Shown here: in pieces, positions 25,911 through 40,911 of the stretch | Position numbering within the stretch: position 1 is the stretch's first letter | How the letters are laid out: every line of letters starts with the position of its first letter | NCBI GenBank assembly: GCA_016748015.1 | Contig: JAAOMT010000703.1 | Span: 1,176,255 to 1,240,254 of the forward strand | Origin: Geosiphon pyriformis uo1 | Lineage: Eukaryota; Fungi; Glomeromycota | DNA: 64,000 nucleotides | Direction: 5' to 3' | The notes under the pieces: generated by a model | Told to the model about the DNA's origin: nothing | The model's database searches: none | Seen by the model: the letters and a program-made list of their open reading frames with translations, nothing else | Program-made: the position numbers and the translations under genes

Positions 25911-26964
25911 CACATGCTTGATGGAGCCTTGATCCTCTACTGATGTTTCACAATCTATCCGAGCCAAGCTGTCTAAATTAATCAAAAGACTTTAAGATTA
26001 TTTCTTACTGTGAGAACGGAATCTTTATTTAGCAATTTGAGCTTTAGGTTTTATGGGGCTTTGTATTGGATTTTTTTGAAATGTATTTATAAAAATTTCA
26101 AGAAAATGATTTTTTAATTTTCACTCAAAGATTTGGTACAAGATTTTTCTGGTATCTTCTCATTTAACACTTGAAACTGCGAATCAAGCAAACTACATTA
26201 AATAATTTTTCAGGTAAAATATCGGATTATTTGAAAATTTACACAATAATTAATATAGCCCAATCAGAAATTTCTATGGGGATAATTTTGAGATTTGATT
26301 TATGAATTCAATAGGATTTTTATGTTCGAAATACTTATTTTCAAACTCATCTTTAGAGGTTTTGATGTGAATCTGATATGTTGAAAATCGATCTTAAAAA
26401 AGAAATTTCAAATTTTTAAAGCAAGAGAAAGTTATCGAGAAATTTCATTCAAGTAATTTGGAAAAAGGATGAAAATGAAAATATTAAATATCAAATATCA
26501 AATTCTCAAATTGAATTGAGTTCAACTATAATCTTTATGGAGCATGAATATGAAATTAAAAATTTTTAATTCACCCAAAGAGGAAAATAATTGTAGAGTT
26601 TGGTATTTCTCGTGATATGTAATAGAATCTCAGATTTGAATTCTGAAGAGTTTCATAAAAAGAGCAAGATAATGAACTTTGCAAATTAGATTTGAAGAGA
26701 TAAAGAAAACTATCAAGAACATGAAAAGAAATGAAAGACAAGTAGGTAAAAAAAAAATTATTAAAAAAATTATGAAATTACATTGCTTTATTTATATAAC
26801 ACTTTTGTATATAAATCCGGGTTTTTGAATTTATAAATTAAATGTTAAATAAAAAATCACACCATTCTCCATTGATGATTATTAATTAAGATGATCTTAG
26901 ATTATATTAAAGTCTAACTTATACGTAAAGTGGAAATTTGATTCTATAAATTGGATGTAATATG

Positions 26965-27936
26965 TCAGAAAAAAATACCATAGAAATTCTCAATAGTTTC
27001 ATCTGAAATTGATTTTAAACATAAAGATTCTTGTAGCAGTTTCTCTTTTTGATTTTTTAATTCGTGTTGGAGTTGTTGCTCTTGATTTTCTCGGTCTAGT
27101 TTTGATAAAGGGGTGAAATTATTTGAAAGGGAGATTTCTGTGGATTTTGATAATTCCATTGAGGATTTAATGTCGAATAAAGGCCATTCATTACTTGTTT
27201 CAGGTATAAACTCATTAGCATAAGAATAGGTCTGATCAAAATTCAGCATTTCTGAATTCAAAAAATTATCGTCAAGAAAATATTGCTGTTGTTGGCATTT
27301 TTCCAATATTGATGAATTGATGTTGGATAAATTTTGTAGAAATTCAAATAAATCGCAATCTACGGGAAAATTTGGTCCCAAGACAGTTAAGCTTTGTTCA
27401 GGTGAAGAGGTTGATAAAGAATAAGAAGAATCTTGTAATTTTTCAGAGTCTTCATTTAAATATCTAGGTTTATCGGGTTGGTCACAAAAACTTTGACGTT
27501 TCTTATTGTTTAACTGAGGTGATCTTTTCATTTTACAATATGGTTTCTTCATTACTTTAGAAAACTTTAATTCATGTTGAGATTTGGCAATTCTTGCAAT
27601 TCGTTTATATTCCGCTTTCACATATGGTGGTTCATGACTCCAAGCCTGTGATGCCATAGTAGATACAACAGTCATTGGTAAATTATATCCTTCTTTTCTA
27701 ACCGCCTTAACATAAGCACGTCGATAAATAATAAAAGAATTTGGTGATTTCGTAGGTTTTTTGTCTTTTTGTGGATTTTTCTCAATTATATCGTCAAGAA
27801 TAGGAGGAAATGGTGGAGTAAACGTTGGTTTTGAATCACCACTTGTTATTACATGACTTGGACTCTCCTGATCGGTGGAATCGAGAAAAACGAATAAACG
27901 CGCTTTGGAAAAGAGTTTGGATTCATTTCTGGTCAT
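26965..27936 (-). CDS. MATA-type HMG-box transcription factor, 323 aa
   Basis: KSPNSFIIYRRAYVK..PMTVVSTMASQAWSHEPPYVKAEYKRIA; intronless intact ORF. Confidence 0.92.
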   Translation of the reverse strand: MTRNESKLFSKARLFVFLDSTDQESPSHVITSGDSKPTFTPPFPPILDDIIEKNPQKDKKPTKSPNSFIIYRRAYVKAVRKEGYNLPMTVVSTMASQAWSHEPPYVKAEYKRIARIAKSQHELKFSKVMKKPYCKMKRSPQLNNKKRQSFCDQPDKPRYLNEDSEKLQDSSYSLSTSSPEQSLTVLGPNFPVDCDLFEFLQNLSNINSSILEKCQQQQYFLDDNFLNSEMLNFDQTYSYANEFIPETSNEWPLFDIKSSMELSKSTEISLSNNFTPLSKLDRENQEQQLQHELKNQKEKLLQESLCLKSISDETIENFYGIFF

Positions 27937-29106
27937 CTTTTTCGGTGAAAATAATAAAAAATTTGAATTCTTTAAAACTTTTGGAAAAAAAATTTAAAGG
28001 ACCAAAGAGGCCAAAAAAGATTCAATTGATTATTTATAAAAAATGTGGGTATAGATTTTTTGTATTATGTAAGTGACTAATCATTAATTAATTATTAATA
28101 CAACAGAACAAGGAATCTTAACGAAAATTACGTGGCACATTACCACATATGGTGAAGTTTATTCAGTAAAAAGGCTGCAAAAAAAAATCTCAAGGAAAAT
28201 GATAATAACATTGAAGTTGAGAAAACATTGATAGCGATCCTGACAAATCCAAGGTTTGTCAATATCGAGGTTCTATGTTTTTCCCGATACGTTTTTGAGA
28301 ACACAAGTTGACCACATTATGGGGTCATAGAAGTCATTAACATAGTTAGAGGAATTAATTTTAAATATTTTTTAATATAATGATCCTTTTTATTGGCTCG
28401 GATCCAAAAATAAACTACTTATAAAATTAATAAATTCTCCAGGATACAATGGAACTTTTCTTATCTTATTTCAGATATTAAGAACTTTTTGTATTGCCCA
28501 TAATGAAGAATTCATTAAATTTCCATAATCACTATAATATTCCGAACTTTTCTTGGTTCTCTTGTACAATTTCCAAGTCGTAAACGCGAAAAATCCAATG
28601 GAAATGGAAATCAAAGACGCGTCGTTTCAGTCTACCCAAATTTAGAAGTTAAGCTGATTAATACGTGTATCATCATTTTCAATGTAACACTAATTTAAAA
28701 TAATTATTCGAAGCTAGAGCTTTTTAAAGTTTTCCAATTGGATTTACCTGTCAGTGTTGGTAACACTAATTCTATAAATCTTTTACCTCTAGTGTAATGT
28801 ACGATCATTGGAGCCCACACTTACGTTGGAAAATCGTCAATATTGGGTGACAAATCTGAAATTGTTATGATGATCTTTTTGTTGAGATATTGAATTAGTA
28901 AGATACCGGAAATGTTACTGGTAGATTTTTAGTTTTCCGGTGATAAATTTGTCCCCCCTTGATAAAGTAGGGAATCTGACTATCACCGCATAATTCTTTC
29001 TTTCTAAAGTATTGAGTATATAAAATGGCAAAGAATTTTTATTCTTGAGTTTCGAAATTTCCACTCAAGTTAATCGATTTGTTATTGTGCTATAATTACG
29101 AAAAGT

Positions 29107-30239
29107 ATGTCTGAAAAGTCAGCTTTGATTTTAGGCGGAACAGGTATCTCGCTATAAATTTCGCAAATGAAAAAAAGATTAGATTTAAAGGGACCAATTA
29201 CAATGATGATCATGGCTTTTGTTGGCAACGGATTATTTTCCTCAAAAATAATATGTTTTTAATATAGACCACCTTTTTAATCCAAGTCTTAGACCATCAT
29301 ATAGCTAATACCATAAACATTATTATTTAACAGGTGCCGTAGGCTCCATCCTTGTTCATGAGATATTAGAATCAGGAAAATTCACAAAAGTTACTGCAGT
29401 TGGTCGACGCCAGTTTGAGTATGATGGACCGAATGGTGAAACTTTGGTAAGAATGTTCTCGAAAATTTTCCCTAATCAAAAATATATATTGATATGAATT
29501 AATTATTTTTTGTCAGGAACAAAAAGTCGTAGATTTTGAGAATCTTGAGGCCCATAAAGAGGCATTCAAGGGTAGCTTTGAGTGAGTATATATTCATTAT
29601 CTATTTAACTAGCACAAAAATTTCATTCATTTTTTTTGTTATATAAACTTATAAGCACCGTATTCTGCACATTGGGGACAACCCGAGCACTTGCCGGATC
29701 AGCTGAACGTTTTTTAGCTATTGATAAAGGATATGTAATCAACTCTGCGAAAATTTTACACGAACAAAATCCTCATCTTCAGATTCATTTTCTTTATTGT
29801 TCATCTGTCGGTGCTCATCCTCAATCCATGTTTCTTTACATGCGCACCAAAGGTGAAATTGAACAAGAATTAGGTGAAATTGGATTTGATCGGGTCTCCC
29901 TTTTCCGACCTGCAATGTTTGAGGTTGAAAAAATGCGTGAGGATCGTGGTCGATTGTCTCATTATTTTTTGTCAGGAATTTTGAATATTTCGAAAGTTTT
30001 GAGACCACGTGGATGGATTAAAGTTAGGACGGTTGCCAAATGTAAGTTTTTTTTATAAATATTAGGAGTTAATTAACATTAATATTAATTAATGATTTTA
30101 TATTCTCATTTGATTTATAGCTATGCTCAATGTTGCCTTAGGTGAGACTAAAGATGTCACTCCTCAAAAGATTACAAAAGAACATGGAACAAAAATCGAA
30201 ATTTTTGAGAATGCACAAATGCTTGATATTGGAAATTAA
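29107..30239 (+). CDS. TIP30/HTATIP2/Fmp52-like atypical SDR (NAD(P)-binding), 5 exons
   Basis: MSEKSALILGGTGAVG..VTAVGRR..VVDFENL..FDTVFCTLGTTRALAGSAERF..CSSVGAHPQSMFLYMRTKGEIE..FRPA; all introns GT-AG and in phase. Confidence 0.92.
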
Positions 30240-33200
30240 ATATTGTCAAGTACAAGTTTCATTGATCGAAGATTTGAAATTGAGGATGGAAAATTTTCCA
30301 AGTCGGAAAGTTTACGTAATTATTAGAAAAAACCTTGTTTTAAAAATTAATTTATGGATTAATTTACGTTCCAAAAAGCTTTTTTCCCAATCCCGAGTTT
30401 TTTGATCTGGATTTAAATTGTGAAGTCGAATTTTGAACGGAGACCGGCGGATTGATTACCATCCTAAAATAATTACGATTGACATGACATATTACTGATA
30501 TCATTAGTATACATATACATATACATATCAATGTAAATGATATGATATTAATTATCTGTGCTCCAGCATTCTCCAAATTTGACAATAGCAGATAGATAAA
30601 CTCTCAACAGTTTGCTTAAGGAATTACTCTACCAATCCTTTTAATCTTTTTCTAACTCATCGCGCTTTATCATCACAAAAATCGAAATTCACAACAAATT
30701 AGTAAAGGCACATAATAAACTCTTTTCACAATTTTAACCCATATAAATTTTTGATCGAGCAAATAAATATGAATAGTCTACAAAGGTTTGATATGTTTTT
30801 TTTTCAAGTTTCTAATTTGGTCTCAACATCACTCAATTGACCTGATCTATTCAAAATTCGAAACTTTGTTTCGTATATAAAAAAAATACAAAGCGCAGAG
30901 ACAAAAAATTTATCCCTATCCGGATATTTTAGTCCAATATTATGGATCAGACTACTTAATACTCATCTATATTCTTGGCTTATTTCTCATGAACGGTAAT
31001 ATTTGGAAGATTTCATACCTTAAATGAATGAGCTTTCGTTTGACAGATTTCAATTTTTGGAATTTCTATTGAACATAGGCTTTCAAACCCGGAAAACCGA
31101 CCAATGGTAATACTAATTGGTGTATTAATTGTGTCAAGTGTCGGAAATTTATCGTGGTATGTTTGGAGGACTTGGAAAAGTTCTTCGACAAGTGATCCAT
31201 CTAATGGTCGCGGTGGCGCAAGAGGATAAATATATTTTATAGATTATTGATATGCGGAAATTCTTCAAATATTCAAGAAACGATTGATAGAGTTATTATC
31301 AGGTAAGTGGTGATTGTAAAGTGCTCAAAAACAATTTAATAACTTTAATCATAATTGAAAATTTTTGCGAATAAAAAATTTTCATTTCTTATCTCATTAG
31401 TAGTTATCCATAAATACAAACGCAAAAATTTAGGATTATATAACGGAAGAATGATGAGATTTGGTGAGATTTATAATTTGAAACATAAATGCTTGTGGTT
31501 CCGATGTAAATTCAAATATTTATATATAGATGTATCAAATAATGGGATCGTTCCCAACAGTTGTAAAATATAATTGAAATTTATTATTATAATTTTATTT
31601 TAAATTAGGAGATTTCGATTTTTATAAGAGTATACGAGAATAAATGAAACAAAAAAAAAATCAATCGAGATTCTTGGATCAAAAAACTTTTGTTTAGAAA
31701 TCTTTAATAGATTTATAACTACTTTTTTTATCAAAATCAAAAAGCATAAAACTACCTGCAAAAGAAATATATTGAACTTTTTCAATTATACTAATGGGAA
31801 ATTAAAGGAATATATTAAAATTAATGAATCATATAAAAGAAATCTTGAGTTAGAAAAAGGTATTTCTTTTGAAAAAAATCTGTACCATTGAAAGTAATTA
31901 ATGAAACCATTTTAAATAGGCAAAAAACAAATATTAAAAATTTAAAACTAATTTTCTGTAAAATAAACATGATACTTGATTAATTGAGATTTGTATTTTT
32001 TTGGGTAAATTGGGTTATATATATTTAAATAACATAACAATAATATATGCAAAAATGAGCTTATATTATGTTTCAATTAATGTGACAAGCAATAAATAAG
32101 GATGAAAAAAAACTTGAAAGTTTAAAAATATTGCACACATTATTTTATTGAAACTTTGAATTTTATTCAATTTTTTTATTTAATTAATTTAAAATAAAAA
32201 TTTTTTATTTTTTATTTTAAAGACTGCAAAAAGACTTTTTTTTTAAAAAAATCATTTATTCTTATTTGAAATTTTTTGAAATTAATTTATTTTGTGTGTA
32301 AAAGTTTTATCAGATTATTGTTATAAAAATAAACATTAAAATATAATTTTTACAATCTTTTAACTGACAAAAAAACATGTAAATAAATTTTTATACTTTT
32401 AAAAACAACAATAATGAATTATATATTATAACAATATTTATTAAATTTATAGCAGAAATTACTTTATAAATTTTATTATATTAAAATATTTGAAAATAAC
32501 TTATTGGTTAAAATTAATCAATTTTAAATATGGGTTAATAAAAAGATTTTGTATATAGATTTCCAAATTTAATTTTTTGAAAAATATTTTATTTTAGTCA
32601 ATTAATTACACTATATGCTTTATTTGATTAGCTATATTTAATTAATATAAAGAGATTAAGTATCAAAATAAACTTGAAAATTTTATAATTTTAAAATACA
32701 AACATATTAAGAAAAAAAAATTGATTTAAATAAGCATAAAATTAAATTGGTATATAAAATTTTATATAAATTTTTATTTAAGATATAATTAATTATAAAT
32801 AAAAAAAAACTATTTTTTATAAAATTTTTAAAAGTTTCAAGATAATATTTTATCTATTAAAATTTAAGACAAATAATTATATTGTGTAATTTTTATTAAA
32901 TTAAAGATTTTTTTTTTAATAATAAAAACACTTGAAAATTTATTGATTGATAAAAAATAATAATTAAATTAAAAATATTTAATTTAAAAAATTTAAGAGT
33001 TTTAAAACAGCAAAAATAAAAGTTTTCATGTGAATATAATTAAAGATGAATTTATTCAAATGATAATTTTTTAAAATTTAATAAAATTAACTTGAATTTA
33101 AATAAACTATTTTGTTTTTTTAAGAAAATTATTGATATTTATATTAAATGAAATTGTAATCAATTAAATTTTAAACTAAAATTTTTAAAATTTAATTATT

Positions 33201-34770
33201 TAGTTTATTAAAACAATAATTTAAAGAGAATTTTTTTCGATTTCAGGGTTAATTGTGAAAAACTTATTGCATTAATAAAATCAATTGTTTATATTAGAAA
33301 TTTGCACAATTGCTTGTATTTAAATTGTTTATTAAGCTCTATATTTTTAAAATGATTTTATTCTTGACCATGCATCAGCAATTGGGTTTATATGTAAATT
33401 AAAACTTTTAAGATGCATAGATCCAATGAATTTTCAAGATTTTATTCAAATTGAAGCAAATTTCTTGGAGAATAAGCCAATAACTAAAATAAAATTTTTT
33501 TGGTAAAAGAATTTAGATAGAGATGTTTATTAAAAAAAATTGAAAATATGTTTTTTAAATGGAAATTCTATAAAAATCCAGACAAAGCTAGGACGGTCTA
33601 ACTGGTTGATTTGTCCTTATAAAAACTAATCTTAAATTATATGGAGAACTAAAAATCCAAAATTATAAATGTGGCTAAAAATATTAAACTAATTAAAGCA
33701 AGAGGACTCCAATAATTTCTAGATTTCTCAGCTTTTGGGATGGAGGTTCGGCGATAATAAGTGGGACTACATAATTTGAAAGTTCCATTAGTTATATCAA
33801 ATATTCTTATTTCCTTGCTCGGGGGTTATAAACTAAATCAATGTAATCATGGAGCCTTATATTTCAAAAATATATCATCATAAAATTTAATTGGAGCAAT
33901 TAAAGTATTATGTTAATGAAACTTACCAAAATCAATTATCATCAAGTTTTGATATCTCGTAGCGATATGAAAAAAGAGCACAGATAAATCGTTAAGAAGG
34001 AGTAATTTCAAAATTTTTCTTGATTGATTCACATTTTTTAAAATGGGATAAAAATATGTTAGCTGATATAATTTGGTTGCAACAAAGGCATACAATGATG
34101 CTCTTTCTTGGTTAGTAAACTTCAAAAAGTTGCTCATGAGAATATTTCAATAAAATGGTTAAAATCCATTTTGTTGAACATGGAATTGAATGAGATAAAT
34201 TTTTACATTAATTGATATCTCGAATTAAAATAAATATTACTTATTTAGAAAAAAAAAAAGTATTCTTGAAAACAAATTTTAACTGCCTTGTATTTGAAAC
34301 ATCTAATTGTAAAACAAGTAGCATATGTAATCCACAATTTAAATCCATGAAAATAGATTTCTGATTATGATTTTAAGTAATTAATGTATAAATTTTGATG
34401 ATTTTTAAAATCAAGAGTTGCTTAAATTTTGTATAAAAACAAAAATAGTTGGTTTGATTTTTTTTAGCACTACACTGTATATAAAACCTCGCAAAGATAT
34501 TAAAATATGAATTATATATTAAATAATTTTTTTCTTTGAATACTTTCAAATCAAATTCAAGTAATTGTAAAATCAAATTTATGTATTATTAAATAAATAA
34601 TTACATATTTTTGTCACAAGAAACTTTAGTGTTATTATAAATTGAAAATTAAATACAAATATATTATAAAAATCAATCTAAACTTTAATTATTAGTTATT
34701 TAAATTGTTAAAATTATTTTATTATTAATAATTCAATTTGTAACAGTTCATAAAAATTTATTTTTTGAAA

Positions 34771-36502
34771 TTAAGGCAGCAGCTTTAGGTAAATTTCCGG
34801 ACGGAACTCCTCTGTCCATCCTCCATCAACAATCCTCCTTCCATCTACAAGAGCTTCTTTATGCATCAAGTCATAATACACCGTCGGGTCTTGAGGGACA
34901 ACAAATCGTAATTCATTTGGCAGTTTTGGTAAATTCTGAAGAAATCCGACAAAGGATTTAGCAGAGAAGGTGCAATAAACGGTCATTGTGAACCGTTGGA
35001 AATTGTAAGGAATGCGAAGACCTAGATCTGGCAAAATATTTTCGAAATCTTGAATTTCCTGTTCTTCGTACCCATCATATTCACCACTAATATCAAGGCA
35101 TTCTAATTTCGAAAACGATTCCAAATTCGAAATTAGCACCTTCATTTCTTCAGCCCATTTAATATGTATTTCGAGAACACGTAAATTCAAGCATCTAGGA
35201 AATACTCGCAAAAGACCGGGGTATAATTCAAGGTGAACGTGAGGTAATCGTATTTCTTGTAAATTTGGTGCTGCATTCTCAAAAAATTTGGCCAAAAATC
35301 CAACTTTGTCATGCTTAATTTTTATGATGTGAGGAAAAGAAAAATCTCTTCCCATAAAGAACGTCGCTAGCTGTGGAAAATTAAAATTTTCCATGCGGCT
35401 AAATACAAGGTCTTTCAAACCGGCACAATACTCAAATCGTAGTGATTTCAGACTTTTTAAAATAGTCCAGTCACTGTTGAAGACCAATGGATCAAATTGG
35501 CACCCCAGAAATGTTAAAGACCTCAAACTCGAAGGGGAGTGGGAAGTAAGGGCAGAAACCAACTTAGTAAGGCCTTTCAAATCAGCAAGATCTTCCCAAC
35601 CGGATAAATAAACTTCAGTCAAGTTTTCTTGATTATTTATTAATTCAGCATAATATTCTTCGATCGCTGTTTCAATTGCAATAATAGGTCTCACTATTGA
35701 GGGTGGGATGTGAGAATTTCGAATTCTTTGCTCATTTTCATTTGTAATAATGCCGTCATAATACAACGAGAGATTTTGGATACTTTCGCAATATATCGCG
35801 AGGGATCGATTAATTCCGGCGCAAAGAAGAAATTTATTTCCAATGGTAAGACGATTGACTAGCTTCACACAGATTCCATTATTAGCAAAAAGTGGAGAAA
35901 AGATAGTTCCTAGTTGGTGAGTTATGTCCAGCTCGAAAAATCCTGGGCCGGTCAATAGTACGATTTCTTCAAGTTCCGCTTGACAGTGCGAAACAACACC
36001 CACAATGGCTTTCAATAAAATCTTGTTACGTCGCTCCTTGGGAATCCCCGTTTTGCCTCAAAATTGCAAGAGAATCAAATGACATATTGTATTAATTTTC
36101 CCCTGATTAATTATTAAAAAAATAATTGGAAGTTCTAAATTTCATACTTGCTCGATATTGCCTTCGAACTGAAATTAGTTGAACAAATTGATATAATTTC
36201 TCGAAGTTCAGCACACGCAACATAGATGGGTAACAAAATGTTACTGGTTTCGAGGTGCGAGATATCACCCTTAGCCGCTTAATTTCTTTCCTGGATTTCT
36301 TTTCCATAAATGCTAAATATGCTTTTAAAATTTTTTTAGGGTCTTTGTATCGACTAAGTGAAAAGGGATCACGCCATAATTCCCAGATGGCATTTTGACT
36401 CCAATGTCGATTCACTCGGATACATCGATTTAAAGTTTGAAAGTCGTCACGAAGATTCAAGAATATTTTTTGCAATATATCGGGAGAGATGGTGTCAATC
36501 AT
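34771..36502 (-). CDS. F-box / RNI-like LRR protein, ~546 aa, 2 exons
   Basis: F-box-like ISPDILQKIFLNL..CIRVNRHWSQNAIWELWRDPF; a phase-1 intron at 36147-36057 joins the two ORFs; LxxLxL repeats follow. Confidence 0.88.
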
Positions 36503-36799
36503 TTTTGGTGCTTGATAATATGTTATAACTTATTAGAATTTTGTCATAACAAACTTTTTATAAATATATTAGGTAATCGAGTAGCATAATCATCTGATGC
36601 TAAATCATATTGCAAAAAGCCTGACAAACTGATCTGTTGATCGAAGATTCATGTGAAAACACTCCTCACATCATCGCGTATTAATGATTAATGATTAATT
36701 GTTGGTGGGATTACGCAAAACGCTGAAACATTCGAGTATGAACTTTCCCGAAAATGGAGACATTCAACATTCTACGAGCGGAAACATAAATTAGAGATT

Positions 36800-37330
36800 G
36801 CGTGGAACATTGAGGAAACCTCGGATTGTGTCAATTGACATCATTGACGAACCAATGATACATTTTAAGGTCAAACGTGAGTTTTTTCTTTGGCATATTC
36901 AATATCCAAAGATTCATGTTCAATTTTGGAACAAAATTGATTTCTTTCTTTCGATGATTCTACAAATTTTGTTACTATATCGTCTTTTAAAAAAGAACAG
37001 ACCACAACGGAATCTAATGAACGCCATAAGGTCAGGTGGGACACAGGCACCCACCATAGTTGTGTGAGTATTACCCTTCTCGGGATTGCTGGAAGGCCAT
37101 ATGATACAATCAAGCTGTAGACCCTTTGGCAAACGTTGAGCTGCATGTTTCTCTATATTTGATCCATTTTCTACTAAATATTCCAAGCACTTTTTGAGTC
37201 TTCGTGCTTCCAGGCGAAAATTATTTGTAAAATCATCTTGGCCTTTACGATATTGATAGTAATCAAGAAACCGATAATTTTCTGGTGCAGTTTCTTTGAA
37301 ATATTGGTCAAAAGTGTGACATCTCCATAA
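36800..37330 (-). pseudogene. possible ankyrin-repeat gene relic
   Basis: Only MEYLVENGSNIE resembles an ankyrin consensus; frames are broken. Confidence 0.25.
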
Positions 37331-39382
37331 TTCCTAAATTTATAAGTTGTAAACGGTTTAATTATTGGTATTTCGGGCAATAAGAGAAAAATTGATCATA
37401 AAAGGTAGAACATTTTAAAAGTGACAAAAAATCGGTTAAAGCAAAAGTACAATCTGTGATTGGACATATTTTTGTTTATACCATCATCTGAGTATTTAGT
37501 GATTTTTAATTATATGTTTTGCTGGAACAGATTTTTTTAAGATTATCAAATTTTGTTAAATCTTTAAAATTGTATATAAAAATAGATATTTAATTTTAGT
37601 ATTTAATTTTAATATGCAACAAACCTCAGGCAGCTATTTAAATGTGCGTTAGGGAGTTAAACCCTTTTGCTTAAGTAATAGATGAGTAAACCATCACAAA
37701 TTAATTAATTTTTTATTTGAAGCTATGATGGTTGGCCGCCTATGGATCTAATACGAACATTTTCATAGTAGTTTTTTATCAAATATAAATTTTTTTCTAT
37801 AGACCTTGGTAAAGAGCCTATTTAAAGGTAATATAGATCAACTTTAAGGATTTATAAGACAAACATCTAAAACCAAATTTCCTACTAAAACAATAGAAAT
37901 TCTTTGTATTAAAAGAAAAATAAGGCAGAAAAATATGTGAAAGAATTATCAAATGAGCTGAAATGTCATATACATATACTAATTATTATAAAAACACAAA
38001 AGGTAAAAAATTTCCAAACTTTCCATATTGTCTCCTTTAAAATGTAAGATGTTACTGGTAAATCGGAATAATTCGAATAATTGACTTGGAAAAGAATAAC
38101 GGGTTTGTGATTTTTGGAGAAATAAAATATTTTTGTCTTATTTGTATTTTTTGAACTTTATAGTTGACGTTTCTCTCAGTCCCGATTGAGGTGAATTATA
38201 GTTGAATTTATTTGGTTGAGGCATGGTGCCTTTATTAATTGAAAACTTTAAAAATTATTAGAAATTCTGTTTTATAATTTAATAGGTGAAGGTAAAACTA
38301 AGATTTTATTCACTTATAAACGTTTTATTTAATTACTGAAAATATTTTATGAATTTCTTTTTTTGCAAAAGATAAATGTTCCTAGCCACTTTGTTTTTTC
38401 ATTAGCATCAAGTCAATCCTACAAAATATTGCGTTATTGACATTGTCATATTTGGTCCCTTAATTAGAAATTCAGAATTTGTAAAATTAATCAAGGAATT
38501 ATTTCGTCTTTGGAGTAACTTATTGGAATGATTGGCTTTTTCAAGGAATGATTAAATTTGAATTATTAAAAAAAGTTTTCATTTTTTATAAGCTTTATAT
38601 ATCAATTTTTATTTATTTATAGTTAAATATATGTGCATTATTTATGCACTTTATAATTTTTACTACATATTGTATTATTATTATTTATTTTGTTCAATTC
38701 TTTAACTTTACCATAATGTCATAAATTCTCTCTCTAGTTTTTTCAATAAAGATTAAAATATTTAAATGAAAAAAATCTTTTATTTCCACAAAAATCTCTG
38801 CGAAGGTTTAAAAAACATTATATACCAGCTTAATTTTAAAGAAATTAGTAGCTACGAAATATTTATATGCATAATTTCATGCCCAAATTTATTTTCTCAT
38901 TCTTTTACCCCTTATAAAGATAGGATAATTTATATATTTTTTTATTGCATCTGTTGTGATTTAAATACACACGTTCCATATTAAACGTGGCTCATTCGCT
39001 TTCTACACGTGATCAGCCACTATTATTTTAATTGGTTAAAATAAGTTTTATCCGCCTGACTATTGGTTTGTTTTTTTCTATTAGCGTTTACTCTTTCATT
39101 AATTTTCTTTGTTTTTATTTTATTCTATATTTTCAAACTTTACAATATTTTAAACTTACAAATATTTCCATTGTTTTCGTTTATCTTTATGTTTTTAAGA
39201 TTTAAAAAAATATTTTTGGGAAGAATTGCCTATTGATTTTTTCGAAAAAGGAAACTATTTATCAAGACTATTAATTATCTTGTGGTAAAAACTCCTAACG
39301 TTTTTAAATATGCTACTCGAGATTCTGCTATATAATCAGCTTATCTTTAAAACTAAGTCATTAAATTTATTGCTCTTACAAA

Positions 39383-40911
39383 ATGTTACTTAATGAAAAT
39401 TCTTTTTTATTCTTTATATTTTGCTTAGTATTTCAAGTGGCTGTTGAATCAGCCCATATTCAATCTTTGGAAAATGTGCGAAAAAGACAAACTTATTCGA
39501 ATTCAATCAGTGATATTCAAGAAGATATCAATTTATCTTTCAATGAGAAATTTCAAAATGTTCCATCAATTGATTCTTTTGATCAACCAAATCTCGACAT
39601 TGACAATTTATTGAACGTTCAAGAAATCTCAGCTGAGCAAGATTTTATTCCCACAAACATCGAATCAAATAAAATCTTATCGAATAATTTTAATTCTGAA
39701 ATGTCAACTGTTCCATCAATTGAAAATCCAGCTGCCAACGAGGAAAGTTTCTTCGCAAATAATGATTCAGTAATGGGAAGTAATATCATATCTACTTCCG
39801 ATCTTGAGCCAGAAAAAGGTGGAGGATCTTCAGATTTGAGGGATAAGGCTTCAGAGGAAAAAGAGATTCTTCTTGAAACCAATGAAACGAATCCTGATGT
39901 AGCACAATTGATTTCATATGTCTCATTAGCAAAACTGGCATTATGCAGTAAAAATGGAACTGCACTTTCAAAAGTAGTTTTTGGTCAGTATCTTTGCTTT
40001 CAAACCATTTCTCGGTTCTCTCTATTGGTTTTCCTCTGAGTAAATCAGAGACTAACCTATATATAATTTTTCTATATATAAGCTCAACCTTTTGTAGAAG
40101 GAAATAAAATATTAATTGCATTTGCTGCGGAAAGGAAGAATGTGAGTTGGACCTTAGGCCATTATTTCACTAAATACAACCAAACAAAAGTTGAGGGATT
40201 ACAAGTTAATAAAGACCTATTTGAGATCTTTTTGCCGAGCAAAGATCCATTTCTTAAACTTTTCTCAAGTTTAATAGCAAGAGCGAAACCAGTGAAAGTA
40301 ATTCATTTTGTTGCATTTAGTATGGGCAGTGGTAAGAAACTCGCTTCAGTCTTGAAAACAATCAATCAATCGAAACAAATATTTGACGAGTTTTTTTGAA
40401 ATAGGTGTGGCAATATTTTCTGCTCTAGCTGTTAGAGACATCTTCCCAACTTTACCAAAACCAGTAATTTATACTTTTGGCGGTCCAAGAGTTGGAAATC
40501 TCCCATTTGCAAGGTACGCTATGGAAAAAGTTCGGTTGATACGAGCTACCAGAAAATATGATAGAATGCCCAGATGGCCGAGTTGGAACGATTTTCTTGG
40601 GCCTATTACCTATTCTCATTTTGGGGATGAGTATTGGATAAATGAAATAAATGGAGTTGAAAGAACCTTTAAGTGCCCTCCGCTCCAAGGCCAGCTTGAA
40701 AGCAAGGTATGTGATAGTCAATTGACTTTAAATTCTTGTATTTGATAACATATACCATTTTCTATTTAATACGACTTCCTTCTCATTAATTTTCCCGCAA
40801 ATTTTTATTAAGCTTTGTATAAATCATTATCGCCTTGGATGGTACAATCCACATTATGGGCCATACTTTAATGTCAAAATGAATTGCAAATTTAATTTTT
40901 TTTCACGATAA
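39383..40911 (+). CDS. secreted class-3 lipase-fold protein with AFSMG nucleophile elbow, 4 exons
   Basis: Hydrophobic N-terminus, acidic pro-region, HFVAFSMGSG, YTFGGPRVGN, DRMPRWP, YSHFGDEYWI, HYGPYF; Ser, Asp and His all present. Confidence 0.88.

Noticed and set aside
30364-30585. Small transmembrane ORF
   Set aside because: Non-ATG start; the hydrophobic run arises from an ATACAT microsatellite
31900-34300. Possible DNA-transposon relic in an AT-rich block
   Set aside because: No TIRs or transposase motifs could be read
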